64,000 nucleotides of DNA, from contig CM074511.1 of assembly GCA_037379345.1 (NCBI GenBank), positions 8,990,001 to 9,054,000 on the forward strand, read 5' to 3'. This document shows, piece after piece, positions 36,553-51,614 of this stretch. The notes beneath the pieces were generated by a model. The model did no database searches. It saw only the letters and a list, made by a program, of their open reading frames with translations, and had not been told where the DNA came from. Each line of letters starts with the position of its first letter. Position 1 is the first letter of the stretch. The position numbers and the translations under genes are program-made. This DNA comes from Perna viridis. Its lineage: Eukaryota.

Positions 36553-39427
36553 TCATGGAGTATTTAACTCTGCTTTCTTTCAAATTCTTGTTCAATTAAA
36601 ATATTGACCAACAACTTCACAGTAAAACTTTTTGGATATCTTTAGTATTTCATTTTAATATTTTTATCGGACAATTTATCATGGTTTGGTTTTTGTCATG
36701 TTAGAAAGTTTGCTATTTTCAAGTATTTTTACAACCAATTTTCATGTGAGAATAACACAATTATTTATGAGTTTGAAAACATTAAATAAGTGGTAGTTTT
36801 TATGAAAAATGTAAACAACACCTTATTTTGATACTAAATCAATTTTAATGTGATGCAAAGATCTTAATCTAGTAAGTCATGCACATTGTTTAAACAAAAT
36901 TGCTTGTTAGTCAAGTTTACATGTATAATAAACATTGGGAAAAAACTTCAATCAGTTAATTTTTGACATTTTGGGGAATATGAAATGGAATCCATAGATA
37001 TCTACTTCAGATACTCTACTATAAGAGATGTTGTGTTGTACTGCCAAACTGATCAGTGCAGTATTACATCCTGATTAAACTCTTGTCTCTGTAAGGCCTC
37101 TGTTTAAATTCATTTAACCATGTAAAGATTGCACAGATTGAACAGTTTATTATAAATTACTTTTATAAAATATTGTAAACAAAATAAAGAGAAACTTAGT
37201 ACAATATAAATCTAGGCTATGGTTTGAATGTTGCCACCAAGGATAAACTGACTGTAATTAAATGTAGTTTTTTGTGTCATCTTATGTAACAGTCAGATTA
37301 ATTTTTTGAAATGTTAAGAAGACAATAATGGGAATCCCAGAAATCTTCAGGAAATCCATCCACAAATGGCAGATTAATATAAGGCTGTAAAGCTCAGTTG
37401 TTCATTATATGTTAGTCTGAGAATGATTTATGACAGAACTTTACATGCTGTTGTAGACTACCAGCTTGCTGAGAGTGGACTGGAAGGCAAGCTGGTAACA
37501 GACTGGAAGGCAAGCATTTGAAATTATCATGGTTCACATTTTACTTCCTAGTTCATAATTTTCCCAACTGAATAAAAAATTCACACTAAGTCTTAATTGT
37601 AACTAGGATTTAAATTTTTTTGCCAAATTTCTCAGTTACAAAGTAAACAAATAAATGGCACAGAGATAAAGGTTTCAAAATCTACATTTACTTGTAAGAG
37701 CAAGATTTGTATCTAATCTTCTCTATCAACCTGAAATAAGATAAAATGACTATTCTCATAGATTCATGTTACTGGTTGAATGATATGCTATAACTGATTC
37801 CTATCTATAATAATTGAAAAAAGAAACTCTGCACACTTTTCTAGAATGATATTTCTAAGACAAAGTTTTTTAGTTCAATATTTTAACATATTTATGTTTT
37901 TATTCCCGTTTCCTAAACACCCTGATTGAAATTGTCAAGATTAGGAATAAAAAAAAACAACTTTTTAACAAAATAAGATAGGTGGTGTGATTTCACAAAT
38001 CTGATCTTGAAATATAGTATACATTTCTCAGTATCAGTGAGTATGAATTCTAACAAAAACATTTGATCCTCATTCTGTGGACAGTTTTACTATAAAGTTT
38101 TTTCATATTATAGGTAAAAAAAGTGTTATTTTTAATCTCAGAACCTGTAATTTACACAATTTTCAATTTATTCCAATAAATGATCTAACCTACTACTTTG
38201 TCATGTGAATAAATCCACTTTTAAGGATTTTATGTGCATTTGAAGATTTGTTCTTATTGAATTGAAACGGGAATGCACAGGTTCTTTTTTCCATTAGTAT
38301 ATAACATTGTCTTTAATTGTGCTAAATTTGATTTGAAGGTCTGATTGAATTTGACCATATTTATTGTGATGTAATAGTTAACAAGAATCTGTGGATTACA
38401 GGTAAACCATCTGTTGTAGGCCTCCAAGGTTATATAATCACAGTCAAAATGGAATATTTTATTTAGCTTTGAACAATTATTTTTCAAAAGAGAAACAATT
38501 TCAGAAAATAATCACTGTCCGTACAATAAGAACAGCCCTCAGCCATTGGAGTTCTATGTCAGAAATGAAGTATTATGAAGAATAAAACGATTTTAGATGA
38601 ACTGTACAAACTAACAAATGTTTAAGTAATCGTAAAATCCTGATGATGAAAGAAAGTGATAATTAGATTTTACAAAAGTTCATTCTCCTTGATGGCCACA
38701 AAATATTTAAGTGAAAAAGTTTGATAATGACCATGTTGTCACACTTCTTGCTCATCTTTCTGAAATAACAATATAGAATCTGACTGTAATTTGGTTTGAG
38801 ACCTGGCTTACTGATCCAAATGTTTATGATGTTGTGTGGTTCTTTTGGTTGCATTTCTTGTAAAAATCCTTCCCCAAACCTTGCATGTTTTATCTTTGAA
38901 TTGTGTTACAACCAGATTTGTGGATTCAAATGTCTTGTTAACTAAATTGTTTCTACAAAGGAATGATATTGATTTGAAGTACAATTATATTTCCCAAATC
39001 CCAGGAGCATTTCTAAAATTTTCTCCTATTGAAGTGTTAGCTGTGTTTTATGAAATTAAGTTTCCAATTTTAAGATGATGCTATTTTTTCTTCCTTAAGA
39101 GGAGATCAATGTTTGTATGACCTGATTTTGAATATTTTATTAGTGAAGCAATTGGCATTGTTTGCAGAATTTGGCAACAAATGGTGCATGGGTGTGTTTT
39201 GAGTGTACAATGAAGAGAAGTTTGTTTGTATGTAAAATATAAGGGTTGTTCATTTGCTATGAATGAACCAAAACATACAAAATCTTTATTGAAGTGTTTC
39301 CAGCCAGAATGTCATTTGTAGGACCTTCATTCACCTGCTGTATTAGATGTTTTCTCCTGACAGAAAGATTGCTCTGGGTTACAGTAATAAATGGTTCATT
39401 TTAAGAGTGAATATTGCTATAATATCA

Positions 39428-39860
39428 TTCCCCAACTCTGTGGTTATATGGTGATAAGTGTGTACTTTATTCATTCTTTTCCTCAGAGGTACCCATCTTT
39501 TATCAGTTACTCCTCCTACATCACTGAATGGAATTTAATGAAACTTTCACAGAATCCTTATTACATATTCCAATTGTGCACTTCTTATGTTAGGTAATGA
39601 TCCAAATCAAATTTGAGGGTTTTGCATTAGGAAAATATGGACTTAGTCATTTATGAATATGAGGACACCAGTCTATTGTCCTTTACTCCACTTTATCACT
39701 GAATGGAATTTAATGAAACTTTCACAGAGTCTTCATTATATATTCCCGTTGTCAACCTCCAATTTTAGATTTTGAATTTAAGTTAGAGGTCAAAAGGTGC
39801 ATGTTATCAAATTACGGAGCATCAGTTAGTGAGTGTTCCTCAGAGTGTTTCTGATTTTGT
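39428..39860 (+). mobile_element. Dispersed repeat (HINE-like), copy 2, with two internal cores
   Basis: ATCACTGAATGGAATTTAATGAAACTTTCACAGA occurs at about 39520 and 39696. Homologous to 18730-18998. Confidence 0.7.
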
Positions 39861-42800
39861 CTATTTTAGTAATTCTGGGCATAAGTAAATCAATATGCGC
39901 AAGAAAATTAATTTTACTTCATTTTTTTAGGTACTTTACACTTTCACTGTATATTAACTTTCCTAGACGTATTATAAGTTGCTGTTTTTTCTGTGCATGT
40001 CTAAGATTTTGTTTAAGAAGTCTGCTTTATGAAGAAAATATTTAATTTAAAAGCAGCAGAAAACTATGAAATGGTCGTTTAGTTTGCATGATCTCCACCT
40101 AACAGAACATTATTCTCATTATAATTACTTGGTTTCATGACACAACAAGGAAGATCTAGTCATTTATTTTTAAGACTGGGATGTGTACTTTTTAATTAGA
40201 ATTCTCAAATAATCCACATATTCAAGCTGTGGGATGAGTTCCAATCAATAACTCCATCATAACCAAGTCATAAAAGTTCTTTTTTATTGGAAAGTAGAAA
40301 TGTGGAGAAAATGTCAAGGATTTTTATACCAAGTGTATTGGCAGAACCTGTTCTTGTGCAATATAGAAAGTTGTTTACCTATATTATTTAGAAATAGTAT
40401 AGAAAAATGGTTTTTTTTAGTAAACTTCAATTTCAGCAGATCCACAATAGCACAATTCAGTTCTTATGATTGTTACCTATGGTGCGGTCTTGATCTCAGG
40501 TCATGATCACATTTTTTACCTTTTTTTTGTTGATGTGAAAGTGGGATAAGTATCAAAGTAAGACACACTGCACTGGAATTGTTTCTATTGTCTTTAAATA
40601 AATTTGACCAGGTTCACATGCAAATGGTACTGTCAATATGTACAGGTCTGAAACTTTTGTTTAGTCATTATGACTCCAGTAATTCATTACTATAAGAAAT
40701 CTCTCTCCAAGTTACATGTACATGTGAAAAATTACAAGAATGTCATCTTAGAGCCGGTACAGGGAGTAGAAGTTATTGCACTGGGATACAATACATGTAC
40801 AATAGAAAATGTCATCAGTGAATTAAAACGTTTATGTCTAGGGGACATAATGATATGTTGTAGCATGCCAATATCAAAATAATTCATTCATAAAATGGTT
40901 TCTGCCATCAAATAAAAATTTTAATTTATGCTCATAAAAAATATGACACGATAATTGTAGGGTAGTTTAACAAAATGGTAAGATTGTAATTTGTCGCCTG
41001 GTGAGAGCTTCACACTATATAATTAACAGGCAACAGCTTAGTTCACAAAAGTAAAATACAAAATTGTTGTTCAATTAAAAAGTTGGGTATGTGCTATTTT
41101 AGTCTCTTTTTAATGAGATTTTGTATTTACTTATTGTGTGATTATTGCCAAGTATATATTTGATCAGTATAAAAGTACAATTTGTGGACAATTATTAAAA
41201 ATTATTGATTGAGATAACATATTGTATAGATACTGTTCAGTAGTATTTTGCATGATTTACATTACTACCTCAGACCTGTGGTGTTATCATTGAATATAGA
41301 TTGAAGATATGATTAAAACAGACTTGTCATCCAACTCTATGGAATAATTATCTACTAAATGGTTGTTGACACCTCTGAGGCATTGGTGGACAAGAAATCA
41401 CATTGACCAATTAATCTTACATAGATAAGTTACATTGAGTTTGTTCAACCATAATGAAATTAGATCTATGATAATTCAAAGCAGAGAATTCAAATTAAAA
41501 ATTTATATGTCATGATACAGCAAAAATATAACAGCCAACACATAATGAGAAAGTAAACAGTTGGGAATCTTTAATTGGAATTTGGTGTGAAGGCTTTTAT
41601 CAGCAGTTATAACTTTCAAATGTTAGTCTTATAAAAATGTGTCATTCATCACATTTCTATCTGAAATCTAAGGAATGGTATAAAATATATAAAAGTGTTT
41701 ATCTGAAAATTGTATTATGTAACAGCAAAACTGGTAAACTATAGAGTTTTATTTCTGTCTGTTGGTCCAATATTCAAACTGTCATGTTTAGGTTTGCATT
41801 AAACTTAGTACACATGTTCTATAACTTTAGATACAGACTTGGTACACATGTTAAGACTATGGAACTTGGAATAGAAATATTCTCATCCATGTTAGAACTG
41901 TCAAAGTCCAGTGCCCTAGACGACCAGCTAGATATCAACAGAACCTGATCCATAGACTTTATTAATTGACACACATGTATAGACTACACAACTTCTTTAG
42001 GTCAAAGAATTATGTGAACAATATTTTCTATATACTGACCAAATAATCCTGAATTAGGCTCATTCTATTGTTAAATGTGCCTATTCAAGAGTTGAAGTAG
42101 TGAATTGTGTATTTTGGTTGATTTATGATGATTGTGCTTTGGTGCAGTATTACCAAATACTTTCTTCTGAAGTAAATATTCTTTGAGCAGACCTCATTTC
42201 TCTTTCTTGCTGTTCAATTACTTGTAGTTAGAAATTAGACTGTCAGTCCTGTTGCTGAATCAAATCACATGTTTGCATTGGTTGACATTATAATTCATGA
42301 CTATGTAAAGAAATTAACTCTGTTTTTTGCCTGCTTTGAATATAAACTGCAACCGAAGAAAGAGAAAAATATTTTCAGTGTTATCTGAGACATTCACTCT
42401 GCACAATGCACCGTTTCTAATTTAATTTTACATCCAATTTGCATGTGTCATGACATGAAAACCACAACTTTTTAAAGTTCATGGATGCTATTCTAAGAAT
42501 ATCTTCTTTTAAGAAATGGAAGAAAAAAGGAATAAATTGATATTGTGATGTAACCATTGACAGATTTAAACATTCCTTATGCCAATTTGATTAACTTTAG
42601 CCTTAAACAAAAGGAGTTATGTCAATTTTTTCTTGACTTGCAATACCCACATAATAGCAAGAACAAAGGGTTTGATACAATTATAATTAGACATCTCAAT
42701 GTAGTTGCCTGATATTTTATTTTTTAATTTAATCGCAGTGTCATTAGTATGAAAGCAGGCCATTTTACACAATGTAGAGCTTCTTTAGGTGCAAAAGCTT

Positions 42801-43529
42801 CTATTTTCTGTTTTTTGTTGTTGTTGTTTTTTTATTTTTTAGAAAACTATGTTTTAAAACGGAACATTTTAAATGCTTTCTAATATAACCCTATTATATC
42901 CTGGTCATTGGCTTGGAAAGTTAAGAACCAAAACTTCTGTTTTACTCAAAGAAAGGTACTATGAATTCAGAAATGTTCCCTTCATTACTAATTGTGATTT
43001 TAGTGCAAATTGTGATACGAATTACTATTTTAGTTCAAAATGTTTTTAAGTACCAGTCCATATAAAATTCAGACACTGCCTGTGATACATGTAAGGTGGT
43101 TCATTGTGTATAAAAACCCATTGATCAGAGGATGCTTATTTGGTCTACATATGCTATATTTTTATGTCACAATAGTCCTTTCTGTACTTAGATCTGTACT
43201 TTTGAGAAAACTACTCTTTAACCTCCCACTAAAATTAACCAAATCAAACCAAATCAAGAACAATAACTCTTGCAAAGTGCTAATTTCATGTACAATCTAT
43301 ATAAATATTATCACAAAAACGCACCCCCAAATGAAAAACTAAGACTGATAATGTGATCTATAATGGTCTCTGAACAAGAAATAAAACTGAAATTGGTGGG
43401 TTTTTGACATTCATGAATCACCTCGTGTGTGATTGTTATAAAGACTGCTACTTAATTTTTGTATTTTTTAGAGAAATTTCACATTTATGTAATAGTATGT
43501 TCAAAAATTTATAATGTGAGTTTTAAAAG

Positions 43530-43728
43530 TTACTCTACCAGTGCACCTGGTCCATGCTCCCAGTTCTAGTGGAGACAGAGTTGCTCATTTACTTTTGTTA
43601 CTTTGTATGTATTATTTTGGTTATTTTATGTTCTTTTTTTGTGTATGTCTGTTTTCCATGTCTGGTCTTTGTCCCTGGATTAAATTCTTCTGATTTCCAT
43701 TAGAATCTTGGTTCCCTTGATATCTCTT
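43530..43728 (+). mobile_element. Penelope-like element, 3' tail only
   Basis: Aligns to 28180-28378 (CTGGTCCATGCTCCCAGTT..GTGGAG.CAGAGTTGCTCATTT..GGTTCCCTTGAT). Confidence 0.85.
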
Positions 43729-43829
43729 TTAAAAATTGTGATCGCAACATTTTTTTTTTTAATTTACAGTAGTAAGTTTTCAAAACTTAATGAAAGTTAT
43801 TGACAACCTAAAGTGATTTAGAAAACCCC

Positions 43830-44072
43830 TATTTTTTATCCCTACAAATGAAAGTTGGTAGGTTTAAAGGGATCACCTTGTCTAACTTTCACTCCTAAAC
43901 CATTCAAAGGACTTTAATGAAATTTTATATGAAGATACTTAGACACCATATATCTATGTTCATGATGTAGGACCATTATTCCATGGTCCTTTCAAAGGGA
44001 AATAATCAAATTTCAGGGTTTTACATGTTGCTTGCAGGGATATTGTTGAGCTATTTCACATTGCTAGTTTTC
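43830..44072 (+). mobile_element. Degenerate HINE-like element
   Basis: T-run start TTTTTTATCCCTAC, internal CTCCTAAACCA..TTTAATGAAA core, 3' GCAGGGATA (inverted relative to TATCCCTAC) and CTAGTTTT end. Confidence 0.5.
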
Positions 44073-45427
44073 TTTTCTGTTATGCATTTCTATTTTTTTA
44101 CAGTGTTCAGTGGCTTTAGTAAAGGATGTTATAGTACTCTATTAGTTTCAAGTCATTTTTCTGATCAAGAGAAATATTTTACTTTCAACTTTCCACTCAA
44201 TAATCTCTTAGTACTTTGTTGCTCTGATTTATATGGTATCTATAAACCCAGGATCAAACATGGAAATTAATTTTCTTTACTACACTTTCTGGCCTTACTT
44301 TGATTTGGTTTGACATTATGACAGCTACCTATTTACTCCCTTGTGATGATGGATAGATAGAGGCAGGCTTTTCCTGTTTGTGCCATTACTTTGTTCATCA
44401 CAATGATTTTCAATACTAAATTCTATCCATATATCCTACCTGATAAGGTATAGTCTATTCTCCTTACTTAAACATGGACATAAATTGTATTTTTGCCTGT
44501 CACAATAACATTTTTATGACAGAAATGATCCTTATCATCCCAGATCCTGAAAGTTTTCCTTTGAAGTTAATTTTATGAGTATTGATGCTAGCATCGATTT
44601 TGTTGGAAATGTTCATCCACAATTTATATGCGTAGATTAATGGGTGTAGTAAAATATATATCAAAATTTACCTGTTCTCACCTACACTTAAAACGGTTAT
44701 TAAAAGTACGTCAAGGTATAAAAATTATCAATAAATGAGAATATATGATACTGTTGTGTATTTTTGAGGCCTGAGATTAGACAATCTTTGTTGGAATAGC
44801 TACATTTATTTGATTTAGAATCAATCTGTGAATGTTGCTGACTTTTCATTGCTTGGAGTTTTATACTTCATTTCTCTCAATTGTAATTTGAGATGGAGAT
44901 GTGAGTTGGTCTGCCTTTTGTATTCTTCTGGGACAAGTTAGAAAGGGTATGAAACTGTTAGCACTTTTAAAAAGTACTTCCTTGCCATGTTTTGGTTTGA
45001 AAGGAATTCTTTTGACTACCTGTTATAAGGAAATGATTCATATTTTGTGAAAAATTGACCCTTGTAACGGTAATACAATATTAGAATGATTTTTTTTTTA
45101 AATTGCAGAGTACTTGTACTTTTAATTGAATCCTATATAAATCTGCTGAATTAACAAAAAAGGCTGTAATTAGAATCTGGTAAGGAAATGTTTTATTTGA
45201 TTTTAATGCCTTAAATAGAATGGATATTGATGCATTTAACCACTACTTATCTTCATTAAGAAGAGCAGTAAAGTATGGTGCACATCTAATCATTATATTA
45301 TAGTAGGAGTAAAACCACCTGGTTCCTTCAGTGTGTAGGCTGCTTTATTCTGCTAAATTAAAATTTATCCAATTATATAACTTATAAATAGTACGACTCA
45401 GATAGGAAGTTGTGAGTGAAGCACTGA

Positions 45428-45598
45428 TTTTTGGATTACCAAGATTTAGACAGGTGTTTGGATTACCAAGTTTTAGACAGGTGTTTGGGTTACCATGGTT
45501 TAGAATATATTTAAAATTGTATGAAGGGAATTTAAAAATTGTCTGGTTTAAAAAGATTTTCAGATTTTTAGGGTTCAGTTTAGACAGGTTTTGCAGTA
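45428..45598. repeat. 27 bp x ~3 tandem (TTTGGATTACCAAGWTTTAGACAGGTG), probably inside a MITE fragment
   Basis: Read directly. TTTAGACAGGT recurs at about 45579. Confidence 0.65.
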
Positions 45599-48500
45599 AA
45601 AAAGAAAATTGAAATTCAGGTTTTTCTTTTCTTCAGTACAAGAAGGACATTGTTATGGTTAATCTTTCTTGTAATACTCCTTAGTATCAATGTTTACATT
45701 AGTTTTTACATGGGTTGGAAATAGTTGCAGGATGAAGAATGAAATGCGATAATTTTTAGGTCAATAAATGAGATGCATAACTAAACTAAACATATAGAAA
45801 TGAGTAATTTATTGAGTGCATAAATTACATTGTCATTACTCTTTGATATAAGAAAGAAAAATCATAAATGATTTAACTTGATTTAATTGGTAACTTTTTA
45901 AACTTCAAAATTTTCATACTTCATCATATGATTGTTAAATATTGACTAATATTATGTCTTGTGCACCGAAATCTGATATTCATGTGACCACTGATATTCA
46001 TGTGACCACATGGAACATACACTAATAGAATGTCTGGAAATTATGTAATCAATACCATGATAATTTGCCAAAATGCAGTGCAATTTTCTAAATGGTTTAA
46101 GCAATCAAGTTGCGAAGAAAAAGCATCAAATTTCATTTTCATGTATTGTTGAAGAATTCGTGAACTTGTTCACATTGATCTGGTCAAATCAATATTCCTC
46201 TCTCTGTCTTTTACATTTGTCATTTATAGATTTTATATCCAGAGAATTTCCCTCTTTTATGTCTTGGAATGTGGTTTTTTATGATGATAATTAAGGTTTT
46301 GTTAAAAAAGATTAGTTTAACCTTTTTTCTGTTGTTCCAGCTATCACTTTGACAGAACGGCAGATGGTTTGAAGCCATCTTTTTAATGAAAGCCCTTGTG
46401 TATTCGAATACCTCGAATTGGATTAAAACATTGTAGTTATGTTGTCAATGATTATCCAAAAATTCTGCAAGGTTCTGTGAAACAGGCCTTTCCATGTGTT
46501 GTCTATAATTATGTAATAAAGACCTGAAACATGACAAGGAAATAACATTTTAAAGTGGTTTTGTCCCAGAATTATCATTCTCTTTCTAAGTTTTAGGGAA
46601 GGAAGTTTTATATCGACCTTCTTATTCTAATCAACGACCACCTCAGACTTCCTGTAGAAATGTCTTGACTATGACAAACATACTGAGTAAAGACTGTACA
46701 GCAATGAACTGTGAAATGTCATCATAGTATCAAGAATCCATTAGATTTTAGTACCGCCAGTTCACTTCCTGTCACATGGATATCTACTGATTTGGACTAA
46801 TTGAAGTACCGCAACAAACAGTTACGATCCATTAGACTTTCGACAAAGTTTTCATGTTAGTGATGGCTTCAGGAAGATGTTGTGGTATATCTCTCCATTA
46901 GTGAAAAGTGTCTTTTTGTAGCTTTTTGTAATGTTAGCTATGTTTTTACTTATATTGCTGTTTTTATCATCACTTATGTTAGCTCATTTCTTGCCACTAC
47001 TTAGGTTGATAGCCATTTAAATACCACCAGAACATGTTGGTTCATCAGCTTGGTTTTAGTATAGGGTTTAGCTTCATTTTACTGCTCTGTTTCTGTTTTA
47101 TAGTCAGTGACTGATATTAGGGATGATCATGAAAATAGAATCTCAATATTTGAGTTCCATTAAGCTATCAAAAGGCTTGACATATAAAGTTTTTTGCAGT
47201 TAATACACCATTGGAACTATTTTATTGGTAAATTTTATATTGTTATGAAAGCGTTCATACATCTTGTAGGTTTCTGGAAAGATTATAACCTAGTTTTAAG
47301 CTTGTCTGTCTGAAAAGTCAAATGTTTTATGAGTTTTGTGGCAGGATAATATACAGGTGTATACAATGTCTCGTGGATGATTAGATAATCCTGTTGTATC
47401 TTTACCATTTGAATTGCCTCCTACATCTTCATATTGATAGTTAAAAAAGTCTTTTCAAAAATATTTTGTAATATGCCGAAGACTATCAAATTACTTTGAT
47501 GCCTTAAAGCTGCAAAGACAGTCTGATTGGTGTTTTTAAAGTTATTCAAAACCAAATTAGAAGTTTTTTCTCGAGTGCTTTCCTAGACTGCTCATAGATC
47601 TTAAGGCAATACAGCAAACTGTGAAATTAAGTCCAATGTGTATATGTCAGGAAAGCTTGACAAAGTGATGGCTGAAAAGAAAAGTAATGAAAAATACATC
47701 CCAATGAACAGCTTATAAACCATTAAAACACTAATTTAAATCGGAAAGAGAAGAAGAATGTCTGTTTCATCAAGATTTGTTTGTCTAGAGCACCAACACT
47801 TTAGCTGTCAGACTAGCTATTCATTTCAACTTTTTAAGGATTAATTTTTTTCCTTAAGGAGAAAAATGAAGTGATGTTTGATTAAGATAAAGAATGTCTG
47901 TATAAGTACAAGAAGTGGCTTTAGAAAGCCTATTTTATCACTAAGTTTTGCTGTTTTTGGTCCTTCTTTCTTGTTGTGATGACAGAGGTCTTATCACTTA
48001 ACATTTGACCTCTAATGAGAGAAGTTGATACATTTGTATTTATTGAGACCTTTAAATGTTGGCTCCATTCATTGAAAAGAAGGGATCTGTTTATGTGTAC
48101 TGGTCGGTATTGAGACCAGTCAAAGAGGATATTTGTTTTACTTTGTAGTAACCTACAGTAAATACAAGTATATAGGGATGCAGAGAATTTAAACTTATAT
48201 GATTTTTGACCTTTTTTTAGCTAATACAAATGTGTTTGTACTGCATTTTTATATATTAGAAATTCTGCTTTCTGCACTGGTTTGTATGTGCTAAGTTAAT
48301 GGGGAACTAGTTGAAACAGCAAACATGCAGTCATTATTTGTCTACAATAATACCCCATAATGTTGCACATTTTATTTTCCTAATATCCTTGATTTGCCCC
48401 AGGTTTGCCCCTTGTTTGCCCCTCTCCCTTTGAGCAATAGAATGATACTAACAAATCAGCCACGAGTCTGAAGTACAATCAGGGAAATACCAAGCCTTAA

Positions 48501-51236
48501 AGTCTGCATGATTAGAAAGTATTCAGTAATATAATTAATTTTATGCAATTTTATTTACAATGTCTTATTTGAGAAATGAAGTTATGCAATTTATTTCTGA
48601 ATAGTTACAAGATAATGGCACAATATTGTTACTATTTAGAACTTACATAACTATAAGATTTTGATGAAATCATGACTAAAAAGTTGTAGGAAGTATGGAG
48701 TCTGGTTGTAGTATAACCAACTTTAATCGTACTGTAAAGTGTTCATTAGACATGAAGAGATGCCTTAAAGGGTTTTAATGCTACATGGCATTTGTATTAT
48801 ATTCTGTAGTATAGACAATTTTGTTTCAGTTTACATCATATTTTTCTGATTTTGTCAGTAAATGTGATTTTCCAGATTGAATACAATTGATTTGAGTATT
48901 GTTACTTTTTACAGTACTGTGAAAATTACTGGATTTGTTTGACTTTAATGGTTAGGTGTTTGATAAAATTAATTGAATTCAGATGAAATTCCTATGTTTA
49001 CGACCATAAATGTCCTGTCGTTTGGAACAGTTGATCGAACTTTAATGCAGTAGCTGTAAATTTTATGTTGGTATTATTGAAAAATAGCATTAACACAAAG
49101 AAATTTATTTTCAAAAGATCTGTAATTGAAAAAAGGACTGTTGGAATTTGGAAATAAAATCCTTGATATCAGTGGGTGATTTTACATTAGTTTGACTATT
49201 TACTGGGACTATGATTAGCATAGGACAGCCCATTAACAAATGGCTCCGTATGGACTTAGAGTATTGATGTTGACCTGACCTCAGACCATGGCTTCATGTC
49301 AGTTTTTGTAGTTAGATTATTTTACCATTTTTCATAAGCTTCATATTACCAGAATACACATTAAGCAAAGCGCCTGCTGCACTATTATTATTTAAGGTCA
49401 ATGGAATGGATTTATTTTATTAGATTGCACAGTTGACTCTTCAAAATACTGAATATTCATTAGATGATCAATATCTTTTTGACTTTTGAAAAGGCAATTA
49501 ATGAGCAAGTTAATTAAAAGTCAATTGTGGAGACACAGGATATATCAATATTTGCTCTTCTTGTAGAGAAGATTTCAACCTTGAAAAATAGTTTAAAAGA
49601 GAAAAGTTTGAAGCTTGTTATAGCCTTCCCAATTCTCAGGCATTTCATCAGGTAATGGTCATTTGCCGATAATCATGAGAAGACCAACTCTGTTCTCTGA
49701 AGTTAACTGTTTAGCTGGCTGTAATACTTAAAAGACTTTGAGAGATCACTGTGTTTGTCAAACCAGAAAACATTTCTGACAGTAACATTTTGATAACAGC
49801 ATATTTTCTATGGTGATAAGGATAGGTATAATGTTGTTGGTAATGAGATTCCTGATTCCTTAAGGCCATATTAACAGAGATAGCTTTGAAATCCATAACC
49901 TTTTTATATGTTGGTAATGTTAAAACATAGCCCTTACATGTCAGTAATGTGTCTTTGATTTAGTTATGATATGAATATCTCTATTGCTTTATCGATACAT
50001 GTTGTAAAACTTGCCTAATTTGGGAGGAAGTTCTCCGCTGGAAGGAAATGTTATTACAATATATGTAACTCTTGGGATATCAACACAGAATATATCATGG
50101 TACATTGTATCTCACTTGACTCCCGTGGGATTTGTTCAGTCATTGTTGTTCTAGGACAGAGCTTTGATCAAGTTTTATGTTAAGAGCAGAGGAAGCAGAT
50201 ATCATTTGGTGATAAAAAATTAGCAATACTACTGGGAGGGTGGTAGAAAGATGTGTCAGGAACGTATATAGATGTAACAGAATAGTCTGTCTTATTAGCA
50301 TAAATTGGCTCCGAACTTGTAACAGTGCTTGCTGGCATGAACACAATACTGTATAACATTGAATGTAACTATATAGTTATAAATGTGATTTTGTTATCTC
50401 AATCAATGATGCATAATATCACTAATTTAAACAGCTTGAAAATTTACATAGTTCAGTATTCTGAAATATTAGAAACAAACTTGGTAACAGAATATTTTCT
50501 AAGAATCATTAAATGCTGGATTTTCAGTAGAGATGAACCAGCTTTTATGGTCTTTCTAGATTTAATTATCATCTGATTTTGATATTTAATTCTGAGCATT
50601 GTTACTTCCAAGCCAATAGTAGTGGAATGGTTGCATGTTTTGTTTGGGAATTTAAAATGAACAGGAAGTTGGCTGATCCATGCTCATTGATTGTAATTCT
50701 TATTCCCAATTCATCATTATTACGCAAAATTACTGCTGAATGTTTTTGACAAGATTTTTTTTTACTCAAGAGTTCAGAACAGGAAACACTTCCAATGGAC
50801 GCCACTCAGTTTAATAGCACAGCTGGTAACAGCATGTAAAGAGACGGCATTTATAGAACTAAGAGAATCTTATTATGAACTGGACAAGACTTCATCATAC
50901 TGTATAATTGAAAGACATTTTTTATGGCCTCTACAAATCTTGAGAAAAATATTGATGTACATCAACGTTCTTTAAGAAAAGATTTTTCTATGGTCACAAA
51001 ATGTTCTTTTAGAATAATTTTTGTCCATGGACATAAGATGGTGGGAATTTTTACAACTTTTATTAAAAAAAATTGTATGATCATTTCATTAAATCTTTTT
51101 ATTTGAATGTAGATTTCGAATTGAACAATTGGCATTGCATCTCATTTGAACTGTTTTTTTTTTTAAATCTTTTCTTTGAAAATAAACTATTTCTGTTAGA
51201 ATTTTTGGATGCAAATTTTTACACTAGACATCAGTC

Positions 51237-51614
51237 TGTAACTATGCAGACTTTTTATATTACGCTAGACTTCTTACAGTTAGGCCTGTGGAACAGGGTA
51301 ATGTTGCTACAAGATTGAAGTCATCATTACAGAAGCTTTATGGTTGTCATTATAAACTTCTGGATTGTTATGATGTGTCCATCTCTCAGCGGGTGTTTCT
51401 AGAAAAGCAGAGGTTGTTTACCCTACCGGTGCAGCTGGTTCGTGCTCATAGTTTTTAGTTGCATCCTAGTTGCTTGTTTACTTTTGTTGCTTTGTACATA
51501 ATATTTTGGGTATTTTTTATGTTTCTTGTTGTGTGTGTCTGTTTTCCCTGTCTGGCCTTTGTCTCTGGATTACATTCATTTGATTTCTGCTTGTGTCTTG
51601 GTTCCATGCTTACT
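51237..51614 (+). mobile_element. Penelope-like element remnant, copy with an internal deletion
   Basis: Aligns to 27934-28375 (AACTATGCAGACTTTTT..GGAACAGGGT.ATGTTGCTACAAGATTGAAGT). It lacks about 80 bp between TCCATCT and GCGGGTGTTTCTAGAAAAGCAGAGG. Confidence 0.85.
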
